64,000 nt of DNA from a virus. A program made the translations under genes and the position numbers. Numbering within the stretch: position 1 is the first letter of the stretch; the number at the start of each line of letters is the position of its first letter. Location of the stretch: positions 1-64,000 of the IMG/VR virus record IMGVR_UViG_3300035099_000181; one strand, written 5' to 3'. The notes below the pieces were generated by a model. That model was not told the DNA's origin and searched no databases. It was given only the letters and a program-made list of their open reading frames with translations. Shown here piece after piece: positions 38,792 to 48,399 of this stretch.

Positions 38792-38962
38792 ATGAAAATT
38801 TGTCAAAATTCTCAGGGCCAGGCCGAGGGCGGGTGTCGTGCGTTTTGCGACGCCTGCTGCAAGCCAGCAGACGCGGCAGGCTGCGAGGCCTGCGCATGGA
38901 CCGGTATCCAACAATACCGGTGCTCCGAGTGTGAACTCATTAGAGTTCAGCTCGGAGACTGA
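38792..38962 (+). CDS. 56-aa Cys-rich putative zinc-binding protein (absent from the ORF track)
   Basis: MKICQNSQGQAEGGCRAFCDACCKPADAAGCEACAWTGIQQYRCSECELIRVQLGD, three CxxC pairs; stop codon lies inside element A. Confidence 0.6.
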   Translation: MKICQNSQGQAEGGCRAFCDACCKPADAAGCEACAWTGIQQYRCSECELIRVQLGD

Positions 38963-39022
38963 CCCAGCGACGGGGCATCGGCGAGAAGGTCGATGCCCTG
39001 CAACGGGGCCAGTTTCAACCCG
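38957..39022. repeat. Intergenic element A, copy 2 with inverted loop (GGGCATCG-GCGAGAAGGT-CGATGCCC)
   Basis: The loop is the reverse complement of the copy 1 loop. Confidence 0.9.
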
Positions 39023-39094
39023 GAAGAGTGTCACTCCCTCCTGGGGGGAGCGTCCCAAAAATTCTAACGCCCCTACGGGGACAAGGAGGAAAGA

Positions 39095-39442
39095 ATGAGA
39101 ATTCGAGTTTGGAGAACAAGTGAGTGTTTTGGCGAGGTGTGTCCTCAGTGCGGGGGCCCGCTGCCGGAGACAGAAGTTTGGACCGCCAGAACAGCGACTT
39201 TTTTTTGCTGCGCTGCCTGCGCGCTCGCAGGCACAGGTTATGCAGATCTCTCCGCCGCGATTGAGGCGCTTGACGCTCGCGGGGAGGAGATAGAGGCCCT
39301 CCTGGCGATTTTGAGCCAGGAGGGGTTCGGCGGTCGAGAGGACATCGCGACGACGGACACCGCCTGCCAGCTCCTCGCAGAGGAGCGGCTGGTGTGGCTA
39401 CGGGACACGCGAATCGCCGACGAGCGATCCGCCGGACGGTAA
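39095..39442 (+). CDS. Zinc-finger-containing hypothetical protein
   Basis: CPQCGG...FCCAAC. Confidence 0.6.
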   Translation: MRIRVWRTSECFGEVCPQCGGPLPETEVWTARTATFFCCAACALAGTGYADLSAAIEALDARGEEIEALLAILSQEGFGGREDIATTDTACQLLAEERLVWLRDTRIADERSAGR

Positions 39443-39447
39443 ATTTG

Positions 39448-39484
39448 AGGCTGCCTGGGGAATTTTCCCTGGGTGGCCTTTTTT
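39448..39484 (+). terminator. Rho-independent terminator
   Basis: AGGCTGCCTGGGGA-ATTT-TCCCTGGGTGGCCT stem followed by a T run. Confidence 0.7.
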
Positions 39485-39510
39485 ATTTCAATGCCTGAGG
39501 GAGGAGTGAG

Positions 39511-40218
39511 ATGGATCGGGAAGAACTTGAGAGAATAGTAAGAGAGGCGCGACAAATCGGGCATACGCCCGATCTAAATGGCGCCGACCTGTGCGGCATC
39601 AACCTGCGCGGCATCGACTTGAGCGATGCTAACTTAAACGGCGCCGATTTCTACGGCGCCAATTTAAATGGCACTGATTTAACCAACGCCGACCTGTGCG
39701 GCGCCGACCTCAATGGAGTCGATTTGCGGGAAGCCGACCTGGTAGGTGCCAGGTTGGTCGATGCCGATTTGCGGGAGGCCAATTTGATAGGCGCCGACTT
39801 AAGCGCCGCTGATTTGCACTGGGGCAAATTAAGCGGCAGCTGTCTGCGCGAGGCCGATTTCCACGGCGCCTGTTTAAATGGCGCCGATTTGAGCGGCGCT
39901 AACTTGATGGGCGCCAATTTAACAGATGCCAATTTAACAGATGCCAATTTAACAGGCGCCGACTTGAGCGGCGCCATAACGGATCAGCATATCTGGTCCG
40001 TAGACGGGATTGGCTCCGCCAGGCGGCGGACAACGTATTGGCTTGAGGCAGACCGTATATACTGCGGCTGCCAAACTTATACTCTGGCCGAATTCAGGGC
40101 CAGAGTTGGTCAGGAATACCCTGACCTATCAAGTATTTATCGTCGTCAGTACGAGGCGGCCGTGGCGTATTTCGAGACGCTGGCCACAATCGCGAGGGGA
40201 ACGTCCCAAAAATTCTAA
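39511..40218 (+). CDS. Pentapeptide repeat protein
   Basis: Many A(D/N)Lxx repeats; C-terminal GIGSARR..CGC domain. Confidence 0.92.
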   Translation: MDREELERIVREARQIGHTPDLNGADLCGINLRGIDLSDANLNGADFYGANLNGTDLTNADLCGADLNGVDLREADLVGARLVDADLREANLIGADLSAADLHWGKLSGSCLREADFHGACLNGADLSGANLMGANLTDANLTDANLTGADLSGAITDQHIWSVDGIGSARRRTTYWLEADRIYCGCQTYTLAEFRARVGQEYPDLSSIYRRQYEAAVAYFETLATIARGTSQKF

Positions 40219-40249
40219 CGCCCCTACTGGGGCAGGGGAGGAGCAGAAA

Positions 40250-40570
40250 ATGAAGATTAAAATTCAAACCAGGAAAGAGATATCATCTTCCGGCGTGGAA
40301 GGACGCCGAATCATGGGGGTGTCGGCACTCAGGAGGAAAGAGTTGCCGACACTTTATCTCAACCAGAAACCCTCGGCGTACCTCTGGGAGGACCCGGGGT
40401 ACCTTCAGGTCGACAGGGACTGGATTTGTGTAGATGATTTCTTGGAAGAAGCCCGCTTCCAAGAAATCGTAGAATTTCTTCGCGCTTGCGGCGAGCGGCT
40501 GCACCAGATCAATCGTGAGCTGAAAGCAAAGCGAGCGGTCTGGACCGGGGATGAAACATTTGTGATCTGA
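40250..40570 (+). CDS. Hypothetical protein
   Basis: GGAGGAG RBS before MKIKIQ; ACGERLHQINRE. Confidence 0.6.
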   Translation: MKIKIQTRKEISSSGVEGRRIMGVSALRRKELPTLYLNQKPSAYLWEDPGYLQVDRDWICVDDFLEEARFQEIVEFLRACGERLHQINRELKAKRAVWTGDETFVI

Positions 40571-40705
40571 TGCCCGATGGGCAGAAGGAAAGGAGGTGAG
40601 ACAATGAGCAAAAAGCCCGCGAAGGGCAATTCTTGAATTCACCGTAGGGCAGGACCGAGAATCCTGCCACTCGGCGAACCCAAGAAAAAAGGAAGATCAA
40701 TCGTT

Positions 40706-43288
40706 ATGAAGCTAATAAAGAAGGGGGACAAGTTTGTTGCCGTGTCCACCTACGCTGAAAAAGACATCCCAAAAGGGGCGGGGTTCCGCTGGGATCCCGC
40801 TAATAGATTTTGGTGGACGAGCGACCTGGCCAAGGCTAACAGCCTAGCCCAGTTCGCCGACGACAATGTGAGAGCCGAGCTGGAGGCTGCCAAGCGGGAG
40901 CGCAAGGCTTCCATTGAAGCATCCAGAGCGAAGGATGCTGGCATCCAAATTCCCGCACCAGATGGTCTCGCGTATTTACCATTCCAGAAGGCCGGAGTCG
41001 CGTATGCTATCGAACACCAAACGACTCTCATGGCCGACGAGATGGGGCTTGGAAAGACCATCCAGGCTATCGGAGTCATAAATTCCCTGCCTGAGATCAG
41101 ATCCGTCCTGGTCATCTGCCCTGCCTCCCTAAAAATCAATTGGAAAAGGGAGTTGGACAAATGGCTCATTAGACAGCTTTGCGTCGAGATCGCCAACATC
41201 GGGAGCTTCCCGTCTTCAGATATCGTGGTGATTAACTACGATATTTTGGCCAAGCACGCCTCAGCAATTCACGCCCGGAAGTGGGATCTTCTTGTAATAG
41301 ATGAGGCTCATTATTGTTTTCCGGAAAATACAAAAGTTAGTACGTCAGAAGGCGAGATTTCTATATCTCAAATAGTCAACAATAGGATAGACGTGTTAGT
41401 TAAGTCTTATAATTTATCTAATAGTGCAATAGAATGGAAACGAATAACGCACTTTCACAAGCACCCTCAATATGGGGAACTTGTGAAAATTGTTCACGAG
41501 AAAGGAGAATTGATTTGCACAAAAGATCATCAGCTTTGGACTGGGGCTCAATATGAGGAAGCCTCGAAGAGTTGTGGAAAGAATTTGCAAATATTGCAAG
41601 AAACCTTTTCTCCAAATACCTACAGAGTATTCAATACGGACTGCTCCCATAAAATCACTGATCCCAAATCTTCCGTCATGCCACAAGATAGATCTTGCAA
41701 TCCCAGAACGAAAGTTAGCAATAGAAATAGACGGGCGATTGCATTCAGTTGCCCGAATGGAGAAATTGGATCAAAAGAAGACGGAAGTCTTAAAAGTTCT
41801 CGGGTGGTCCGTGTTGAGGTTCTCAAACGAGGAGGTTCTGAACAATCTGAAATTAGTGGTGGAGAAAATTATGTTTACTGCTTAAGCATCCAAGATAACG
41901 AAAACTTTTTTGCGGATGGGGTATTAGTATCCAACTGCAAAAATCCCAAGGCCCAAAGAACGCAAAATATCTTGGGCAAGTGGGATCGGGACCCAGCCAA
42001 GGCCATTCCAGCTATCCAAGCCAAACGGAAGCTGTTCCTGTCCGGGACATTCATCACAAATGGCCGTCCTATCGAGCTTTGGCCCGTCATCCGCTCGATC
42101 CAGGCAGACGGGCTGAAGATGTCATGGGAGCAATACGTTACACGGTATTGCAATGCCCGCCGGAATCGCTACGGATGGGATGTAAGCGGAGCGAGCAATC
42201 TAGAGGAATTGCAGGAGAAGCTCCGAGCCTCCGTAATGGTCAGACGCTTGAAAAAAGATGTCCTGACTGAACTTCCACCCAAGCGGCGGCAAGTGATAGA
42301 GCTGCCAGTTAACGGCGTGACTTCAGTTATTCTGGAGCAAAAGGCTTGGGCCGCGCAGGAGGGCAACCTTCTGAGACTCAAAGCCGCTGTCGAGCTGGCG
42401 AAGGCGTCAGAAGACGAGGGCGAGTATGAAGCGGCCGTCAAAGCACTCCGGGGAGGCACAGGAGCTGCGTTTACGGAGATGTCCGTCCTGCGTCACAAGA
42501 CGGCACTCGCGAAAGTTCCCATGGTCATCGAGCACATCCAGGAAGCCCTTGAGGCATCCGGCAAAGTGGTCCTGTTTTGCCATCACAAAGATGTCGCGGC
42601 CAAGGTCGCGGCGGAGTTCGACGGGACTTGCGTGACAGTGACCGGTGACGACAAGATCGCCGAGCGGCAGGCCTGCGTCGACAAGTTCCAAGCGGACCCC
42701 AAGGTCCAGCTATTTGTTGGGACGATAGGCGCGGCTGGCCTAGGCATAACTCTGACGGCCTCTGCCCATGTTGTATTTGCAGAATTGGACTGGGTGCCCG
42801 GCAACGTGACCCAGGCCGAGGACAGGCTTCACAGGATCGGGCAAGCAGGGAGCATCTTGGTACAGCACCTAGTTCTGGAGGGCAGTCTTGACGCGACAAT
42901 GGCCAAGACCCTGATTGCTAAGCAAGACAATATCGACCGGGCATTGGACAGAGAGTTTGCGGAGCAAGAGAAGTCCGAGCCTGTGCTGCCTATCGCCACC
43001 TCCGATCTTCCCTCGCGCAAGACCGTGGAGCGGGAGGCGAAGGACATGTCCGAGAAGCAGATCAGCGCTATTCACAAAGCACTCGGTTTGCTGGCTGGGC
43101 GGTGCGACGGGGCGAGGAAGAAGGACGAGATGGGATTTGACCGGCTTGACACACTGATAGGGCGCAATCTGGCCTACGCCGACAAGTTGACAGCGAAGCA
43201 GGCCGCGCTCGGGAGGCGAATCCTACTCAAGTATCACAAACAGCTTCCTGAGGAGGTAGCAACTGCTTGCAAAAATCCAACAATATGA
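40706..43288 (+). CDS. SNF2/SMARCAL1-like helicase containing an intein
   Basis: ADEMGLGKT, VICPASLK, DEAH, LSGT, MVRRLKKDVL and QAEDRLHRIGQ motifs. Confidence 0.93.
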   Translation: MKLIKKGDKFVAVSTYAEKDIPKGAGFRWDPANRFWWTSDLAKANSLAQFADDNVRAELEAAKRERKASIEASRAKDAGIQIPAPDGLAYLPFQKAGVAYAIEHQTTLMADEMGLGKTIQAIGVINSLPEIRSVLVICPASLKINWKRELDKWLIRQLCVEIANIGSFPSSDIVVINYDILAKHASAIHARKWDLLVIDEAHYCFPENTKVSTSEGEISISQIVNNRIDVLVKSYNLSNSAIEWKRITHFHKHPQYGELVKIVHEKGELICTKDHQLWTGAQYEEASKSCGKNLQILQETFSPNTYRVFNTDCSHKITDPKSSVMPQDRSCNPRTKVSNRNRRAIAFSCPNGEIGSKEDGSLKSSRVVRVEVLKRGGSEQSEISGGENYVYCLSIQDNENFFADGVLVSNCKNPKAQRTQNILGKWDRDPAKAIPAIQAKRKLFLSGTFITNGRPIELWPVIRSIQADGLKMSWEQYVTRYCNARRNRYGWDVSGASNLEELQEKLRASVMVRRLKKDVLTELPPKRRQVIELPVNGVTSVILEQKAWAAQEGNLLRLKAAVELAKASEDEGEYEAAVKALRGGTGAAFTEMSVLRHKTALAKVPMVIEHIQEALEASGKVVLFCHHKDVAAKVAAEFDGTCVTVTGDDKIAERQACVDKFQADPKVQLFVGTIGAAGLGITLTASAHVVFAELDWVPGNVTQAEDRLHRIGQAGSILVQHLVLEGSLDATMAKTLIAKQDNIDRALDREFAEQEKSEPVLPIATSDLPSRKTVEREAKDMSEKQISAIHKALGLLAGRCDGARKKDEMGFDRLDTLIGRNLAYADKLTAKQAALGRRILLKYHKQLPEEVATACKNPTI
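41315..41935 (+). mobile_element. Intein (207 aa) inserted directly after DEAHY
   Basis: Starts CFPENTKV, block B CTKDHQL, ends VYCLSIQDNENFFADGVLVSN with +1 Cys. Confidence 0.9.
41553..41885 (+). CDS. DUF559/Vsr-like endonuclease in the +1 frame, nested in the intein
   Basis: CKYCKK; KIDLAIPERKLAIEIDGRLH...DQKKTEVLKVLGWSVLRFSNEEV. Confidence 0.75.
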   Translation: MRKPRRVVERICKYCKKPFLQIPTEYSIRTAPIKSLIPNLPSCHKIDLAIPERKLAIEIDGRLHSVARMEKLDQKKTEVLKVLGWSVLRFSNEEVLNNLKLVVEKIMFTA

Positions 43289-43358
43289 ATGTTGGGCAAG
43301 GAGTTTATATCGTTCATCTGACCCTCACGAATGTATAAAAGTATGGGGAAAATTAACT

Positions 43359-43973
43359 ATGAATACTTTGTTTCAAGAAAAACCGCAAGTAGTAAAATCT
43401 ATACAAAATAGTGATAGAGATGTTTTGGCAGCAATAAGACAATTATATCTAAACAACAAAAACTTTGATTTAGACCCTTGTTATTCTGTTGGCAAGTTTT
43501 ATGAGGATTTAGAAAGACCATTCCATAAATTAGATAAAATCCCGCAAGATGATGAAGTTATTCAAAATGATATTATGAATGGGCTACCATATTCGGCAAA
43601 TACAATGGAAAGTATTGTATTTGACCCACCTTTTATGTTTAGACCACACGGGCAAGCAAAAAATAACATAATGGCCAAGAGATTTATGATGTTTGATAGT
43701 TGGGCGGAACTTGAAAGTATGTACAAAAAATCTCTTGAGCAATTTTATATTGTTCTAAAAAAGGGTGGAATAGTTGCATTCAAATGCCAAGATTATACTG
43801 ATAGCAGGACTACGCTTACTCATTGTTTTGTTCATAATTGGGCATTAGAACGGGGATTTAGAGTAGAGGATTTGTTTATTGTGGCTTTTAAGGGTGGCAG
43901 AATTTGGAATAGCAAGCTCACACAAAAACACGCAAGAAAATACCATTCTTACTGGTTAGTGTTGAAAAAATAA
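43359..43973 (+). CDS. DNA amino-methyltransferase-like protein
   Basis: DLDPCYSVGKFY and catalytic VFDPPF; VLKKGG; AT-rich relative to neighbours. Confidence 0.75.
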   Translation: MNTLFQEKPQVVKSIQNSDRDVLAAIRQLYLNNKNFDLDPCYSVGKFYEDLERPFHKLDKIPQDDEVIQNDIMNGLPYSANTMESIVFDPPFMFRPHGQAKNNIMAKRFMMFDSWAELESMYKKSLEQFYIVLKKGGIVAFKCQDYTDSRTTLTHCFVHNWALERGFRVEDLFIVAFKGGRIWNSKLTQKHARKYHSYWLVLKK

Positions 43974-44042
43974 AGGCAATTAATTCATTATCTCGCAGTT
44001 CCAGTGCAATCACAGGCATGACTGGCCGAAAGGAGAAGGGAA

Positions 44043-44348
44043 ATGAAAGCGAAGATCTACGTTTGTGGCAAGACGTCGGCGACTCTCACGACGGAGTCGC
44101 CAAGTTCCCATTACGGAATCCCAGTCCTGCGCCTAGAAGGGTCTAAGGTTTTGGACCCTCTTCCTGATCTTGGCCCTGCAGACAGGATGCCTTCTGGCCT
44201 GACCGCCGCCGACCTGGTGGTAGCCTGCGCGATGGGAGAGTTGTATGCGGGGTTCGGGGGCAGGATCGTCCCGATGTCTCGCAGAACTAAAGCAGCGGCG
44301 AGGGCCTTCCTGGCGCAGTGGCCGAAGGGCCCTCAGTTCGGAGGTTAG
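44043..44348 (+). CDS. Hypothetical protein
   Basis: RBS; LTTESPSSHYGIPVL. Confidence 0.6.
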   Translation: MKAKIYVCGKTSATLTTESPSSHYGIPVLRLEGSKVLDPLPDLGPADRMPSGLTAADLVVACAMGELYAGFGGRIVPMSRRTKAAARAFLAQWPKGPQFGG

Positions 44349-44568
44349 TCTTTTGGATAGGGGCAGAGCTGAGAGAACTCCAAGAAGGTCCAGGGCATTC
44401 GAGGGATAGACGAAGACCTGCGAGTGAATCGTGGACTTTGGCACCTCATGTCCGAAATGGCCAAACTGAAGGGCGCAATTGCATAATGCCTTACGGTAGG
44501 GCAGGAAACCAAGGAAGTCCTGCCCGTCCTCGAAGTCATTGGCAAGAAGATCAAAGAAAGAAGATAAC

Positions 44569-44778
44569 ATGACATACGAAAAGTCATTGATAGACCTGTC
44601 CGACAAGGGCAGGAAAGAAGGCAAGAAGCTGAGGTATGAGGTAGGCGTCTTCTGGGCGCAGAACCAAGACGAGCCAGAGATAGTGGCGAAGTTTAGGTGC
44701 TACGGTGACGCCTTCGCGTTCGCGACAAAATTACAAGTGGCGCCTGTCTACAAATACCAGGTCGTCATAAGGAGCTAA
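44569..44778 (+). CDS. Hypothetical protein
   Basis: ORF in the early cluster; EIVAKFRCYGDA. Confidence 0.5.
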   Translation: MTYEKSLIDLSDKGRKEGKKLRYEVGVFWAQNQDEPEIVAKFRCYGDAFAFATKLQVAPVYKYQVVIRS

Positions 44779-44817
44779 GATGTCCACAATCTGGTGATAA
44801 GATTAAGGAGGAAAGAG

Positions 44818-44874
44818 ATGAAAAACGTAGAGATAGAATTGAAAGGAGACAAAACACAAGTGCTAGGAATGTGA
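44818..44874 (+). pseudogene. Truncated paralog of the 44929 gene
   Basis: AGGAGG RBS; MKNVEIELKGDK versus MKNVEAQVKGDK, then divergence and a stop codon. Confidence 0.5.
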
Positions 44875-44928
44875 TCTCTGCCGGTAGTGATTTCGCTATC
44901 TCTAATTGAGAGCTAAAAGGAGGAGAGC

Positions 44929-45105
44929 ATGAAAAACGTTGAGGCACAGGTAAAGGGAGACAAGTTGGTCATCACGGTGGACTTGAAGATCGACCTGGGG
45001 CCGTCCAAATCGGGCAAGACCCAGATGATCGCCACAAGCGAGGGCAACATCCGAATTCCAGGCCGCGACGAGTTCGTAGGCCTGAACGTCTACCGACAGA
45101 AGTAG
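44929..45105 (+). CDS. 58-aa conserved-type small protein (absent from the ORF track)
   Basis: MKNVEAQVKGDKLVITVDLKIDLGPSKSGKTQMIATSEGN...GLNVY; strong RBS. Confidence 0.75.
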   Translation: MKNVEAQVKGDKLVITVDLKIDLGPSKSGKTQMIATSEGNIRIPGRDEFVGLNVYRQK

Positions 45106-45177
45106 GGCTGAGGATGAGGGTAGGGCCTGGGGAGTCCTGCCCGATTCTTGAACCCTACAACAGGAAAGGAGGAGACA

Positions 45178-45404
45178 TGAAGGGAAAGGAAGAGTTTGGA
45201 ATAAAGCAGTTTGTGGCCGTAGTGCAAGCCTCTTCCGGCAGCAAATTCATGGTTTTTACGACAGGGAGCCCGAAGCACTACATGTTCTCTGTGCTCGACA
45301 ACAATGGATGCCAAGGAGACCTGATGTGGAGCGTGGCAAAGGCGGACTTGCGGGATGATATACGCAGAATGCTGGCGCATGGATACGGGAACTGCGTCCT
45401 GTGA
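45178..45404 (+). CDS. Hypothetical protein
   Basis: AGGAGG RBS before MKGKEE. Confidence 0.55.
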
Positions 45405-45574
45405 AAGGAGGAGGCATGAAGAAGAGCGACGGGCTGACCTAAAGAAGCGCCTGAAAAAGAACGGATGCGAAAGATGTATTTACATTTACGGAAGGCCATT
45501 GCGGAACTTCTAAAGCCGCACAACGTCAAGCGGCAAAGGAGCAAGTTCTTCTAGCTTTTGAGAAGGAGGAAGAG

Positions 45575-46576
45575 ATGGAAAAAATTATCAGACGAGAGTT
45601 CAACGCTAAGTGCACATCAATTGTGCTACACGCCGGAGAGTATATTCGGGGACGTGTAGCGCACTCCTCAAGGACAGGATTGTCGGGCATAATAGAGCAC
45701 AAAGTTCGCCCGACTGACCTGCTTGTATCAGGCTTTCGATCAGACTCCCTGCCCTGTGATTTACCTGAGACATTCTTCGTTTTCAAAGGACATGGGAGCA
45801 ATCCCACTGATCCTATTTTATTCCATAGAGAAGCGGAAAACATTTATTCCGCAACCTTGTTGGACATTCAATCTGAATGCCCAGCACCAGAAAAACCCGT
45901 GCCTGCACCATGGTGGGCACAGGTAGCAGATGTTTTTGTGCCGGAGTGTGCATATCAGTTAGACGTAGCCTGGGCACTCTGGCGTGCTCAAACTCCTCCG
46001 TGTGGTGGTCCTTGTAGGCACGGCGTCATAGTTGACGCCATCAAGGTGTTTTCGGAGCTGGACGCGAATGATGCGCATGTTCGGCTGCCGTTCTTCCTAT
46101 CTTCAGAATCCTCAGATTGGGCACTTGCGCCGCCTAAAGAGGGGGCGACAAAGGATCTAGGACTCATCATTTCACGGTACGGACACTTTGCACGAATCTC
46201 TTGTTGGTCCCTGGTAGCAAAAAACTTTTATGCTCGCCTTGCAACCGGGGAGCGAGCGGAAGATTTGTATAGCTCCGTGGTCTCTTACCAGGGCATTTTA
46301 CTGGATAAGAACTACGGAACGCCTTTTGTCATTGGGTGCAAAAAGTTCACACCCAAGGAGGAAGGCATTTGGTTCGAGTGCGGCGGCAAAATGATGTGTG
46401 CTCCGTGGGGCGAGTGGATCGTCCTACCTGAGAGACTCGTCAACGAGGCGATTCCGTATTATCGGAGAATTAACGAGGGAGGTTTTACCGTCCCTCCCTT
46501 AAGCCTTCGCATAGAAGAGCGCGAAAGGAGGGGAGAAGCTAGCGAATGGTACGGACTCGCTACGCTGAATGCATAA
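45575..46576 (+). CDS. Hypothetical protein, 333 aa
   Basis: Long ORF with AGGAGG RBS; no recognised motif. Confidence 0.65.
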   Translation: MEKIIRREFNAKCTSIVLHAGEYIRGRVAHSSRTGLSGIIEHKVRPTDLLVSGFRSDSLPCDLPETFFVFKGHGSNPTDPILFHREAENIYSATLLDIQSECPAPEKPVPAPWWAQVADVFVPECAYQLDVAWALWRAQTPPCGGPCRHGVIVDAIKVFSELDANDAHVRLPFFLSSESSDWALAPPKEGATKDLGLIISRYGHFARISCWSLVAKNFYARLATGERAEDLYSSVVSYQGILLDKNYGTPFVIGCKKFTPKEEGIWFECGGKMMCAPWGEWIVLPERLVNEAIPYYRRINEGGFTVPPLSLRIEERERRGEASEWYGLATLNA

Positions 46577-46628
46577 CATTTCATCGCCTGCCCTAGCAAT
46601 AGGGCAGGCATAAGGGAGAGAATATCGC

Positions 46629-46946
46629 ATGAACATAGTAAATTGGGAAAGACATTTTGAGGCCAGTTTCCGGGTTTGGAACGAGAAGAATTGGCTATCT
46701 CTGGATCAGGTCCAGATCGCCTACAGGGGAGTGTCACCAGAGATGGCCTGCATCAGGAAGGACAGCTATGAGAAGTTATCCTTTGACGCAAAAGAGGCCG
46801 CCCAATTTGTCCTGTCACAGGATATCCTAACCCCACGCCGGGGGAAGCCGTCGCGGTGTGGCTACAGACAGGCATTGGCTCGTAGACTAAACGGGTCATG
46901 GCCAAGAGTCGCGGAAGAGCTGAAAACCTGGTGCCGGGGACTATGA
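46629..46946 (+). CDS. Hypothetical protein
   Basis: ORF overlaps the primase start (ATGA). Confidence 0.55.
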   Translation: MNIVNWERHFEASFRVWNEKNWLSLDQVQIAYRGVSPEMACIRKDSYEKLSFDAKEAAQFVLSQDILTPRRGKPSRCGYRQALARRLNGSWPRVAEELKTWCRGL

Positions 46947-47848
46947 ACATTCTTGGCATCTTGAACGACTACCGCGTGCCATTCGATTTGCGCAAGGACT
47001 GGGCCAACATGCCTTGTCCATCCTGCCAGGATCACGCGGCACACCTTGGAATAAACGTTGTGACGGGGCAGGCAAACTGCTGGCGATGTGGAGGCAAGTC
47101 CCTGATCCCAACTCTCGCCAAGATCTTGCGGGTTGACCGGGCCAGAATCATCAAGATCCTCGGACCCTATAGGGAGGGTAGGGCCCGGAAGAGATCGTTG
47201 GTTTTAGAGACGAAAAAGGGGGTCTACAGGGCCTTCCTGCCCCAAGGCTGCCGACCTCTGAGGGAAGTTCCAGGAGCTGTCCGGTATCTCGAGGGTAGGG
47301 GGTTTAAGATCAGCGAGCTAGAGTCCACCTGGGGCGTATTGGCCACAGGCCCAGGATCCATCACCAGAAAAGGAGACAAAGTCCTAGACCTGAGCTATCG
47401 CATCGTTGCTCCAGTCACGCTCGGCGGCAAGATCATCTCGTACCAATGCCGGGACTGGACAGGGAAGGCTCGGCAGAAGTACCTGAACTGTCTGCCCGAA
47501 TTGGAATCCATTCCACTAAAAAGCACACTATATGGCCTTGATCAGGCAGAGGGAATGGACTCAGCAACGCTCGTGGAGGGCGTGACAGATGCCTGGGCAA
47601 TAGGCCCAGGCGCGGTGGCCTGCTTCGGAATAAAGCATAGGCCGGAGCAAATCCGGGAGCTGGCGTGGAGATTCCAGCGGATTGACGTGATGTTCGATGC
47701 GGAGGCAGGACCAGCCAAGATCCAGGCGAGGAAGATAGAGGCGGAACTGAGGCAGCTCGGAGCCGAAGTGAACATTGTCCGGCTCCCGAAAGGCAAAGAC
47801 CCTGCCGATATAGGCAGGGAAAGATTAAGGAAGGAGAAAGATTTATGA
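46943..47848 (+). CDS. DNA primase (Zn finger + TOPRIM)
   Basis: CPSC..H...NCWRCG; LVEGVTDA, MFDAE, KDPAD. Confidence 0.85.
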   Translation: MNILGILNDYRVPFDLRKDWANMPCPSCQDHAAHLGINVVTGQANCWRCGGKSLIPTLAKILRVDRARIIKILGPYREGRARKRSLVLETKKGVYRAFLPQGCRPLREVPGAVRYLEGRGFKISELESTWGVLATGPGSITRKGDKVLDLSYRIVAPVTLGGKIISYQCRDWTGKARQKYLNCLPELESIPLKSTLYGLDQAEGMDSATLVEGVTDAWAIGPGAVACFGIKHRPEQIRELAWRFQRIDVMFDAEAGPAKIQARKIEAELRQLGAEVNIVRLPKGKDPADIGRERLRKEKDL

Positions 47849-48399
47849 ATTCTCAAGAAGCAGCGAAGAAGATGTTGGAAGTCGCAGGACTTCTAGGCAT
47901 GATGGATACGAAGCGCTACGGGGACCCTGAGAAATGGTTCCGTGCGCTCCTAACAGGCCCTGAATACTCCATTTTCGTGCAGGAAAGTGACGGCAAGTTC
48001 ATATTCAGCTCAGAATATCCCAAGGATTTAAAAGGAATAGGCCAATCTTGGGGCGATGACCGGATTCAGATTTCGGTCAGCACCGAACGACCTGCCGAGG
48101 CGATAGCCAAAGAGGTGCGGAGACGGTTCTTGCCCAAGTTCCTTGAGCGCCTCGCCGTCGTGAAAGAACGAGTGCGCAAGAGCGACGAGGGACATCAACT
48201 ACAGGAGGAGACATATGAACGCCTCCTTGACATAGCAGGACTCTACTCGCAGAGAAACGACCACTTCGAGATCTATTTCAAGGATCTTTCCCTGTCCGTG
48301 GAGCAGGGAGGGATGGTATATATTAACCGTGGGACTACATCTTCTGCCGTCGCCGAGAAGCTGGTCAAGTTGCTTGCTGAGGACGAGGAAAGCAGATGA
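47845..48399 (+). CDS. Hypothetical protein
   Basis: Coupled ORF with RBS; AIAKEVRRRFLP. Confidence 0.6.
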   Translation: MNSQEAAKKMLEVAGLLGMMDTKRYGDPEKWFRALLTGPEYSIFVQESDGKFIFSSEYPKDLKGIGQSWGDDRIQISVSTERPAEAIAKEVRRRFLPKFLERLAVVKERVRKSDEGHQLQEETYERLLDIAGLYSQRNDHFEIYFKDLSLSVEQGGMVYINRGTTSSAVAEKLVKLLAEDEESR

